Part shown: positions 53,395-64,000 of the stretch, piece by piece | Layout: each line of letters begins with the position of its first letter | Numbering within the stretch: the stretch's first letter is position 1 | Source: Podarcis filfolensis | Taxonomy: Eukaryota | Assembly (NCBI GenBank): GCA_964270895.1 | Contig: OZ185440.1 | Length of the DNA stretch: 64,000 bases | Direction: 5' to 3' (one strand) | Position numbers and translations under genes: made by a program | Notes under the pieces: generated by a model | Told to the model about the DNA's origin: nothing | What the model saw: only the letters and a program-made list of their open reading frames with translations | Databases searched by the model: none

Positions 53395-53576
53395 AAGAGT
53401 TGGTTGGCAGTGGAACAGACTCCCATGAGAGGTGGTGGGCTCTCCTTCCTTGGAGGTTTTAAAGCAGAGGTTGGATTACCATCTGCCATGTATGATCAAA
53501 TTGAGATTCCTGCATTACAGGGGGTTGGACTAGATGGCCCTTGGGGCCCCTTTGAACTCCACAATTCTGAGATTCT
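53395..53576 (+). mobile_element. CR1 LINE 3' end
   Basis: ggaggttttaaagcagaggttgga...gggggttggactagatggccc...attctgagattct canonical CR1 terminus. Confidence 0.88.
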
Positions 53577-53724
53577 CAGTTGAAGGAGAGCGTGTGCCTA
53601 CTCATTTGCAAATGAGATTTGCCCTTGATCATTTGTCATCCTAATCACTCATTACCCCCAAGCTATCACCTCACAGAGGAACCTAGTCCTGGCTTAATGA
53701 GTTTTTGACACTATCTACTAGAAT

Positions 53725-54330
53725 ACATAGTATTGTCAGAAAGTTCTTCCTGATGTTTAGTCAGAATCTCATTTCTTAAAACTTGAATCCATTGGATTGA
53801 GTTCTGTCCTCTAAAGCAGGAGAAATTAAGCTTTCTCCATCTTCCGTGTGACACCCCTTAGATATCTGAAGATGGCTATTTTATCTCCTTTTACTCTCCT
53901 CTTTTCCAAGTTCAACATACTGGAACTCCCTCAACCGTTCCTCATAAGGCTTGGTTTCCAGACCCTTGATCATCTTGGTTGTCTTCCTCTGCGCACGTTC
54001 CAGCTTGTCAACATTCTTCTTAAATTGTAGCACCCAGAACTGGACACAGAATAAAATATTACTTCCCTTGATTGGGACACTACACTTCTATTGATGCAGC
54101 CTAGAATAGCATTAGCTTTTTTCTTTCTTTCTTCTGCATCACATTGCTGACTCATGTGAAGCTTGTGGTTTACTAAGACCTCCTAGATCCTTTTCACATT
54201 TACTACGGGCAAGCCAGGTGCCTCATCCCCGTCTTATATTTGCACAGCTGGTTCTTCCTGCCTAACTGTAGAACCTTACATTTGTCCCTACTGAAATTCA
54301 TTTTGTTTGTTTTGGCCCAGTTCTCCAGTC
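53725..54330 (-). mobile_element. CR1 LINE fragment (ORF2 3' region, degenerate)
   Basis: Typical antisense CR1 motifs: cccagaactggacaca, gcagcctagaatagcattagc, aaccttacatttgtccct, ttggcccagttctccag. Confidence 0.85.
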
Positions 54331-54659
54331 AGTTCGGTGAGCGGGTTCTTAAAATTGGAGATCGGAGTTATGCAACAGATATTGTAAGTAGCGGGCTGGA
54401 GAGAGTGTCAGAGAGCAACATTTGAGAACAATGGTTGAGGCGTCCTTAAAACCAAGGCTGCTGTGGCTATGGGAGAAGTCAGAACCTCTTGGGGTGTGTA
54501 TGCTGTTAACCCCTCCTTCATAGGCTTGGGTTGTATAGATGTATAAATAAGCCTAAAGACACCACAGTTTCCTAATTTTCAAGAGGAAACACTGACGCTG
54601 AGTAAGCACATTAACCTCTGGAATATCACATTGCTTGGAGATTAGGGTAGCATGTAACA
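54331..54659 (+). mobile_element. Possible partial LTR
   Basis: Abrupt junction with CR1, TATA-like tgtataaataa, ends in TAACA; no 5' TG found. Confidence 0.35.
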
Positions 54660-56588
54660 ATATATATGTACTTAAACATACTACTACGAGTATTCTACAA
54701 TCTCCAATATCCTGTGGTCACAAGGAAACTGGACATGTATTGTAATGCCCTATTGTCTGGGGAAGTGTGGAACATTATTCTTGGTGGTCTGCAGTTTGTT
54801 CCACAGGAGAGGGCCCTACTGTGTTTCTGAAAGAGGTAATTGGAGGAAAAATGACACGACTGCAAACATCAGATTTAACGTCTGCTGACTTTGATTGCAT
54901 TTGCTACTTCAGTACATTGTTTGTTTCTAAACTCTGACTTCTCTGTCAGCGATAGCTTCGGAGGTGGTAATCACCCCCACAAAACTATCTGTGCATCATG
55001 TCAATCCTATTTTCTGCGTAATTGTGCACTTTCTAACAAACTACTTAGCATAATTAGTGTCATGGTGTACTGCGGAATACAGATTAGATGCAGTAGTTTG
55101 CTAACAAACAACTGGTTCAAATCAGGGCTTTGAAATTCCAGGAGGGGGGTGGTTCAGGGGTGATGGCTTTCCTCTACCACGACGAGTGTGGCCACATAGA
55201 TGTGACAGGCAGTGACAACATTGAGATGGAAGGCAGGGAACCAGAGAAACACCCTGGCCAAACAGGCAGTGTGCACACAGCAAGGTGCGGTGGTGGGTTC
55301 CACTTTGTCACATTTTGTAATAGAGAAGGGTTCATAAGTGGTGGCGTATAGCCCAATCTACACTTTACAGAGAATAAGCTAATAGGGTGGTATATGATTG
55401 AGAGAGAATTATGGACTGCGGTACTTCACTTGTTAAATAGTAGTGTCACTTAAAAAAAAACCACAATTTTTTTTACATGAAATATACTCACTGTATGTAG
55501 TAAGCCAGTGCATCGGAAGAACAGTTTCAGCACAGTTCTTTCTCTGATGTCCTAGTTTATGACACGCTCCGGTGTAGTTACATGGGACATGTGAAAAATA
55601 TGGCTACTGTCTGAAGTGATGCAGTGCAGTTTCAACCTCATCTACATAATGCATAGAACACCCCTGAATTGCTGGTTGAGTGCAGAAAATGTGTAAAAGG
55701 GAAGGCATGAAGGAATGGACTTTAATCTTCAGTGTTCAGTCTCAAAAGTATTTTTGACAGGTTCGTCTATACCATGATTATTTAACGATGGTCAAAGTAA
55801 GGTGCTCTGTAGGCATAACTGATCATAAAAGCTTTACAGTATTCTGAAATTGGTTTTGGGACTCATTAATTGCTAACCATCTCACTATCAGCTATCCCCC
55901 CGCCCCCAAGCCAGTGCTGAAAAGATCAGCGTTGGAATCAAATGTGCTGGAAATGATCAAAGAACCTCTTATTCAATTGATAGACAACAGCAGGTACAAA
56001 TGACCTTAATGGGGAAAGCTCTGATTTAATTTTTTGTGTAGATGATCAGAAAGGATGTGTTTACTTAACAACCACTCTTTGCATTGCACTTAAACATTAA
56101 TGATGTGCTGCTTTAATACAAGATCCTTTGAGATCAAAGTGAATACAGAATTATACATATATGTTACGCACCAATATATACATATTTTATTCTTCCTTGG
56201 GCATGCTTTTGATCATCTTAGTCTTATGGATGATACATGAACATCTGTTGCAATGGATTTTCTTTGTATGCTGGATGTTTTGTGTTCATTTTCCCCCTCT
56301 CTCCACTAAACTGAGCAAAAGCTCCAGGCATACAGAAGCCAATATACGCAGTTCAGTGTTTTCTAGCAAGCGATATTAAATGCACTACCTGAGAATAATC
56401 TATTCCCAGCTGAGAGAGGAAAAACCTCCTGGAATGAACACAAATATTGCATTAGCATAGACAAAAGAAGAAATCACACAGAATCCATTAAAGCAGCCTG
56501 GTGTTATTAATCTTGTTTGGCATGTGTGTGTGAACACACACAATTTGCAGTCCAGTGAATCTCAGTAGATCAGAATGGGGAAAACACT

Positions 56589-56704
56589 GGGTTGTATTCA
56601 CTGTTAGTCCTACTCAGAGCACACCCACTGAAATTAATAGGCATGTCTAATGTAGGTGCATCAATTTCAATGTGTCTCCTCTAAGTATAACTTGGATGCA
56701 ACCC
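56589..56704. mobile_element. Short palindromic MITE-like element
   Basis: GGGTTGTATTCA / TGGATGCAACCC termini with internal inverted gaaatt / aatttc. Confidence 0.55.
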
Positions 56705-59310
56705 TCTATTATTTATGAATGGTATTTTATGCATCAAAAAGTGCTCATATTTGAATGAACACTTGTTGAAGTGAAACCTATTCCACATTTCCTCTTAAGG
56801 GTATCTAAAAGGGATTATTTGTGAACTAAGGCTATGCAACAAATTTGAAGAAGCCATATTTGTCAATAGTCACCTGACCACCTGTACAAAGCAGGAAGTA
56901 CCTTCAGGAGAGCAGGCAAGGTTGATTGCCCACCCCACCCCCCTTTGTAGGGACTAACAGATAACATGAGCTACTGACTATTTTGGTAGGCCTGTGACTT
57001 GGGGGGACTCTGAAAGGTTAGCACAACTGAAACAATTCCCTTTTTAGCAAAGGCAATTGATACTAACTACACCACTGCTAAAAGTGTCAAAATTCAAAGG
57101 GGTCAGCAATGCATCCTTTCAGTTCATCTTGGATTAATCCAAGTCTATATGAGTTTCCCAATTAAGAGTCCAAGGCCAACATCTGCTGATGCTCAGAGAT
57201 GGCGAATGCAGTGAAGAAAGCTATATGGGAGTGTAAAGTGAATGTCACAACCACACGAGTGCATGCAAGACAATACCAAACAGTCTGTAGCACAAGAACT
57301 ATTTTTACCATTTATCCATTTCTGTTAGCTATGATAATGGATTTTTGTTTGGCTACGAACCATAAGATTTCTCCCCTGGCTTCCCTTAGGCTCCTCCCCA
57401 CTTTTCTTTGCATCAAATAACACAACCAGATTCATTGTCAGGGCTTCACACCACTGTGCATTTGCAGTCAGAACTATGCTGAGGAGGATACTAGGGCAGA
57501 AAAAATACATAGCACTTTCCTCCTGCATAATGCTAACACTAATTTCATTGCAAGGGAAATGGCTACTTTAACATTTAAGCCAGGACAAAAATGGACAAAG
57601 AGCACCACATGCATTCATGACAAGGCTAGTTTTGAATGCATTTAGCATGCTATGTGGTGCTTAACAAATCAGCCCTAAGCCTATTTATGAGCTGGAGAAA
57701 ACTGAGTTGGCTTATAAATGCACAGTCAGGCCTCTCAATTTAGAAGAAGAAATGCGGCTGATAAATTATCAGGTCACTGTTTTTCAGCCAGATGTCAGGT
57801 ATTGCAAATCTTCTGTCGGTAGTTAAGAAATGCATAAGGGTACTGCATAGCACAAAATCTGGACACAATCCAGCCAAAGTGGATTTAAATCCCATTCGTT
57901 TTAAGCACGTGCTTAACTCTCCTGTTGAAGTCAGTGGCATTTAAAATTGAGAGAAGCTAGATCTGACTAACTTGTTTAAAGCTTGTGCTGAAAAGAAATA
58001 CGATACTTCCTAGCATGGCTGCAAAGATCTACCAAGGCCTGTTTCTCTCTTTCCTACTTTTGTGTAAAGTGGATCACATGCATCACAGCATCATGGAGAA
58101 TAGAAGGCCTGTGCACACTTTCCACATTCCCAAACAAACTCCCTTCTCTTAGCTAGTTTCTAATTTGCATCACATACAGAGTCAGAAGGGAGGATTTAGG
58201 AAGTGAGCACAGACTCCTCTTTCCCCATAATGCTCTTGAGCACTGCCTCTACTTAAGCCAAGATAGAGAGAGTGAAAATGGGGCTCTATTTAGCCCTATG
58301 GGAATTACTTTTTAACCCTATGGAGTTCATGGGGATTACGCTGCCTATAAGCGCTGCACTTGCATTAAAAAGGATTGTTCCCAAAGTGCATATGCTGCGT
58401 TTCCCACGTCACTACTTTACTGTATAAGACATTCAGTGACTGAGTACACTTTATCAGCACTTGGGATTCTTTAGTATAAAGTTCCAAATTTATTTACTGT
58501 GAGATCATGCCAGATTTCTTAAGTAAAACCTGAGTATCTGACTTAGGGAAAAAGTGAGATAACTTATACATGTAGAAAAGGTGTTGAACAGAAATACTCA
58601 TTTCAGGGACAAGGTGCCTTCAGTTTTCATCTTTTATTTATTGTCTAGAGAAGGGCATTCTATAAATCTTCTCTAGCAGGAGTTATTGGCCTCATCTGCA
58701 TGTAATGCTAAGCAAAACCATGCCGTAGCTGGATGAGCAAGTGTATGGTCACCCAGGAGGAAAATCATGTCCATTATGCTTATCCTCTAGTCCTGGAAAA
58801 TGATAGTATTGACTTATCAGATATCTATGCCACCCTTCAAAGAAAAATAAACAGGGTGGTTTGCAGATTTGAACCTAATTTGGAACAATTACAAAAAAAT
58901 ATTCAATGTAATCTGGACTGGCTATAGTGAAGGATCTCTAAATACAGTCCTGGCAGTTTGAAGAGTAGTTGGTTTCCTCTGCTGTGCTTGTTTGAAAGCA
59001 AATAATAAAGGATTCTGCTTTCATTCACTGTCAAACTTGAAAAATATTAGATGTGTATCATTTGAAATCCCTTAATTTGCAAAAAAATGTCTGTTTAGCG
59101 ATCACAATCTGCACTGACTGTTGCGTTATGAGGTGTGTTCCTCTGAACATAAATATCTATGATGTGCAAATGCAGCAGGAATATTAGTAATATTTCTCCA
59201 GTTACCACAACTGCAGGTTTCAGGGAGAACAGAAATAGATGTTGGAAAAATAGATTTTCAGAGGCTGAACAACAAGCAAAGCTGGCCTAAGTCTGTTCTG
59301 TATTACTTAC

Positions 59311-59337
59311 TACCAATGCTGGAAATACTGGGCATAC
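59311..59337 (-). CDS. NTNG1: NTNG1 27-nt microexon (exon 5 equivalent), (C)MPSISSIG
   Basis: Minus strand reads ...ccctaaccaaaattctctcttttcttttcag|GTATGCCCAGTATTTCCAGCATTGGTA|gtaagt: branch-point-like CCTAAC, polypyrimidine tract and canonical donor. The peptide matches recalled human CIPSISSIG with one change. Confidence 0.93.
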
Positions 59338-60656
59338 CTGAAAAGAAAAGAGAGAATTTTGGTTAGGGATGCAGATATATTGATGTATATTTTATATTAC
59401 CGCATCAGTAGACTTCATTGTTATAGCAGCACCACCAAGGGCAAGTTCGAGCCAAAGGCAAGCATTTCACAGTCCCACTGCATTCTATGGGTGAATGAAG
59501 CACATGTTGCTGAACTTTAAAAAGTGTTTAACTGTGCCTCCATCACTTGTTAAGTTCATCCAAATCTTCCATGTGTAAGGGCAAAGTGGAGCAGTTAACA
59601 AAGAAATAATTGTTTCTGAAGATTCTGGGTTTCTGTGCAGCTATTACATTACATTAAATTAAATATAAGCCATTTGTAAGCAAGCAAACATATTTGTCTT
59701 GCTTTCAGGCAAAAATTGTATTTCATGTTTATGTAGGTAATACAACAAATATTGCCATTGTTGCAGTATGGATTTCTTTGGCCACCTGTTGATAATTGTT
59801 TACTGTATTATAGTTACCTTTTGTCTTTGCTTTGAACCTACTAGAGTTAAACCACATTGTGTATATACATGCGTGTGTGTGAGAGAGAGAACATATAGCT
59901 CATAATGATCTTTGTACTACTCTCAAGTTCAATTAAAGTTGGGGAGTTGCCCATTAATACCTTTGAATTCTGGATTTTGAATAGTGCCACTGAATATGGA
60001 GATGAGCATTTTTATGCTCAGAGGTAAGGCTGTTACTCCAAGAAAGGAAACAATTCTTTGTGACTGCTTGCAAAATGCTCAACTTGTAATTAATAAATAT
60101 TTCACTTGCTGGCTTTAGAAAGCAACAGGATTTTTAAAAAAATCAAATAAAAATATCATTTGAAGCCAGTTAGTCATCCCACCTCTAATTTCTTTGCACT
60201 TGCAGACAATATCGTGCTAGGAAAACAGCCAGCTAATGATCTCATGCAATCGAGCATTCTTCAAAATGACCTTATTTTCAATGAGGTTCAGGTGCTATGT
60301 AGGAGGCTCCCACAGTGGTTAATACATGCCAGAACTTGTGGGCGTTTGGGAATGTTATTTATGTCCAACGTGTGAGAAATCACTGGAAATTGCAAACAGA
60401 GCATACGTTCCTCTCATTAACCTTCATTATCTGTATCACAGCTATTTGGCTTTCCTGTTTCACAATTTGGTAATGGCAACAGCAAACTCCTCGGTATTGT
60501 ATTATGAAGGGTGGCTTGTCCTCAGTGGTGGCTGCTGACTACTAGGCTGGTGCAGGTGGAAAACAGGGCAGAGGCAGAGGACAGAGCAGGTAGGCAAAGC
60601 CAGGGTTAAAAATTGGCAGGGGTTCACTTGAAACAGAGGCACAGACACATTTGACC

Positions 60657-60678
60657 CAGACAGACAGACAGACACACA

Positions 60679-60738
<60 letters not shown>
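60657..60738 (+). repeat. Compound (CAGA)n(CA)n(GA)n microsatellite
   Basis: Direct reading. Confidence 0.97.
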
Positions 60739-60741
<3 letters not shown>

Positions 60742-60869
60742 TTTAGGTAGTGGGGAAGGAGAAGGAGCAAGGCCAGCGGATATGAAGGGAGAGTAGGATA
60801 GATGTTAAGGGATGGAGGGGGAAGAGTGAGACTAGGGGCTGTGATGTTGAAGAAATATTGAGGTTAGAG

Positions 60870-60981
60870 CAGTGGTTGTCAAAGGGTGTGCTGCACTACA
60901 CTGGAGAGGATGGCAAGTGTGCTGGGAAGATTCAAGGACAAAGAAACATTTAAACATTTTGGTGTAGTATAACATTCTATC

Positions 60982-61017
<36 letters not shown>

Positions 61018-61561
61018 GTCATCTCCATCCATCCATCCATCTGCAGTCATACTTTGGATCCCTTGTGAGTGAAACATTTTGGCTCCCGATCGCCACAAAC
61101 CCGGAAGTGAGTGTTCTGGTTTGCGAATGTTCTTTGGAACCCGAATGGCCTTGGTTTCCAAACGTTTTGGAAGTCGAACAGACTTCTAGAATGGATTCCA
61201 TTCAATTTCCGAGGTACTACTTATATTAATTTGCAAAACATGGATAGATATATTTTCAAAATGACAGAAAAAGCATCAAGCGATACTGAGGACAAACCTA
61301 GTTGTTGGGAAGTTGTTATATCTTGTTATATCTTGGGAATGATGCATGTTCATATTTAACTGCATTGCTTTATACTTCTGGAAGTCCCATGATCATATTA
61401 TGAAGCTGTTGCGTTCTATGTCACAAATCAAGCACCACTAGTTGTTGTTTCTTTTTGTTTTCCAATGTAGTTCTTAGCAAGGAAAAAAAATTGGTGTGGC
61501 GTGAGCAACTTTTCATTATGCAGGTATGGCCCAGAGGGGGGAAAAAGTTTGGAAACCACTG
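60870..61561. mobile_element. 692-bp non-autonomous hAT element containing (ATCT)n(ATCC)n and a nested Tigger-like MITE (about 61044-61221)
   Basis: TIR CAGTGGTTGTCAAA / TTTGGAAACCACTG; perfect 8-bp TSD GGTTAGAG; nested element termini cagtcatactttgg / ccgaggtactact. Confidence 0.8.
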
Positions 61562-64000
61562 GGTTAGAGTGTGGGGAATGAGAGAACCAGGGTGTGAGGA
61601 GGTGGAAACAGAGACTAGGGGGTGCAAGGGGCCAGAAATAGCAATACTGAAGAGGAGAAGAAAGAACAAGGGGCCAGGAGCTGCAGAAACAGAGAGGCTA
61701 AAGCGTGGGGAAAGCTTTTCTGTGCTCCAGTTCAGCAGTAAAGAACAGGTTTTCCTGGGGAATGCAGTGGGGCAAGTGGACCCATGCCTGGAAAGCATGG
61801 GGCAAGTGGAAAAACTCTCGGACCCATGCTTTTTAGGCTTCGGAGAAGTGGAAGCGTGGAAGAGCCCAATGCGATTGGCTGAAAGTTTCTTCCAAGTGGC
61901 CATTTTTCATTGAGATTAGAAACATTTGCCTGATCATAACAGTTATTTGCATCAATTTGCATCAAGTGATTCGTTCCTTTTCAACACCCGCAACCAATAT
62001 ACTGCACTGTAACATGCAAACATGCTTTGCAGGAGGAGGAGAAGGAGGAGAAGATATTCTACATGCATCCATCTCTTTGTGTGATGAGAGTTGTCAGATA
62101 AAAAAGTCCCAAAGAAAACAGGTTTGCATCAGGAACACTGATGCTTTAGCTGGTAGAATATATTTATAATGAGTTGCAAAGAAAAATACACAAACAAATA
62201 GCTGAATGGTTTGACGAGGCAGCTAAATGTCTCAAAATTATATACCATGCATTAAGAACTGTTAATTATATTATTAAAATAGCCAGTTTGCATTGCCAGT
62301 TTCCAGTGCCAAAATAATAAATTACACCATACAATCAAGGCAGCAAGTAAACCCAAACAGTGTTGCAAAAGCAGAGAAACAAACAAAAGAAGCCCAAGTA
62401 AAAGTTTCTGCAATAATGTTACAATATGAAAGGCTTCCCGCAGGCAAATAACACTCTATTATTGAAACCCTGGGTTCCTGTGAGATTATCTGCAATGCAG
62501 AATAAGTTTCTTATCGCTACACCTATGGGCAATGCTGTTTTCTCACCTGTGGGAAGTATACTTAGCAGCATGGCTGGCATAAGGGACAGAGTAACTTTTG
62601 TACAAATGAAAGCCAAATTCAAGGTTGGATGGATTGTCATGATTAGGAGCAAAGCTATCCCTCTCTGAGCCTTTGCGTCTAAAATCAGTTTGGTTTGCTA
62701 CATTTGTACAAGTTTGTTTGTTAGATGCCGGAAATGATACAAAATCGCAGGTGAGGCAACGTAAGATTGCAATCAATCTGGAGGGGTTTCTCCCCCAGTC
62801 ACATGGCCTAATAAATGCCCATACTACATATTTTGAGACAAATATACCACACATTGTCCCCCTTTATGTCAGTAATATACCAGCTGTGAAAAATCCAAGA
62901 TTTCAAGAAATCTGAGGATATCAACTCCTCTTCCACTTCCCCCCTACCAATTTGTTTGTCTAGGGTAGATCACATTGTGCTTCAAGCAAAGGGACAGGCA
63001 GAAAACAAAGGAGAACTGTACCAGATTTTAGCTGAGCTTGACAGCTCGGTCAGACACTAGGACTTATGATTTATTGTGTGGTAGTCAACGTTCATGACTG
63101 ATGAAAGTCTGAAGGTACTTGCTCTTATCTTCTAGCACATGTTTGGCTGAAAACACTCCAGATTTCACCCGCAACCCCACTTTAGTGGAAATTTGATGGT
63201 GTACAAGAGATGCAGGAAAACTCCGCCTCTGATCATGTTTGCTAATCCCTTTAGTGATACCTCTGCATGCTAAGTATTTGTTTAAGATTTGTGAAGTATA
63301 TATTGCATTGCAAGAGCTTGAGAGTGTCTATGTATAAGAGGGACTCAATCACTAGGGAGACACCTGGACAGCTGTATAAAGGATGTAGGATGCTCCTGTC
63401 TACAAGGAGCAACTGAGAGGCAGAGCAGAGTTGGATGCTGAGGAACTGTGTTTTTCCATGCAGCATCACTCAAGCTGAGTGATTCTGAAGCCTTTTCTAG
63501 GCTGTGAATTCTCTGTGCGAGGAGGGAGGGGGGAATCCTGTGAATTTCAAAATGTATCGTGAACATAGCTTTAAAGTATTAACTCTGTGATCCAAAGTGT
63601 CTGTTTTTCTAAAAGTTAATGCTCTTACAAAATGTTTTTCCCTTCTTTTTGAAGGTTCACTTCCCCCCTGCCTGGTAGGAATTTTATCATAATTTCATGC
63701 CCTCCCTGCCCACACTTCATGGTTTGTTACTTAGTCTATTACTTTCACATTAAACTTGATAAGGTCCTGCTTCCTGTGATATTCATTTTGGAGGTTTGAT
63801 TCCTCACAGCTGCTGCTTTGAAGTGCGAGATAACATTCGGAACATGGCACATTGCTGCTGTTTTTTTCCTTTAACTTTTCATTTAGCTGCGGCACATAAC
63901 CCTGTTTCTTCAAAATAACTTTTCAGTGAATGGTTATTTCCAAAGCCAGATTTTTTTTTACTTTTATACAGGGCAAAACTCCGGACTTTTTATAAAAAGC

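Larger units (their letters stand above)
20460..59337 (-). other. NTNG1: Netrin-G1 gene, internal part (exons equivalent to human NTNG1 exons 5-9); the gene extends beyond both window edges
   Basis: Five exons in the expected order on the minus strand, each bounded by AG/GT and in phase 1, with peptides matching recalled NTNG1 sequence. The short Ser-rich cassette exons match recalled NTNG1 rather than NTNG2 sequence. Confidence 0.95.

Noticed and set aside
58733-58927. ORF ending IQCNLDWL, reminiscent of CR1 reverse transcriptase
   Set aside because: Too short and degenerate to call; at most a decayed LINE remnant.
61421-61913. Overlapping 152-160 aa ORFs on both strands
   Set aside because: Overlap a hAT end and purine-rich sequence; no recognisable homology.
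1-64000. CRISPR arrays, operons or prokaryotic defence systems
   Set aside because: The sequence is vertebrate intron/exon DNA; repeated palindromes are dispersed MITEs, not regularly spaced direct repeats.

Overview
Vertebrate (non-prokaryotic) genomic DNA, almost certainly a squamate and probably a lacertid lizard, judged from a full-length Sauria-type SINE and squamate MITE families. The whole window appears to lie inside the netrin-G1 gene (NTNG1), transcribed on the minus strand. Five internal coding exons are recoverable, all phase 1-1 and all multiples of 3: a 27-nt microexon (59311-59337), 66-nt (39868-39933) and 60-nt (36935-36994) cassette exons that the ORF track misses, and two laminin-EGF exons (29267-29434, 168 nt; 20460-20597, 138 nt). 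The upstream laminin-N/LE1 exons and the terminal EGF/GPI exon were not found and presumably lie outside the window. The rest is intron, densely populated with SINEs, CR1/L2 fragments, hAT, Tc1/mariner and Harbinger-type MITEs (several with readable TSDs), microsatellites and two N gaps. No CRISPR, rRNA or genuine tRNA genes. I see no clear novel multi-gene system. The best leads are splicing-level features of NTNG1 (read-through stops, a candidate 52-nt poison exon, a divergent exon 9), an antisense promoter-like cassette near 10.8 kb and some unusually clean nested or ultra-short TE insertions. Human NTNG1/NTNG2 comparisons are from memory, not from an alignment.
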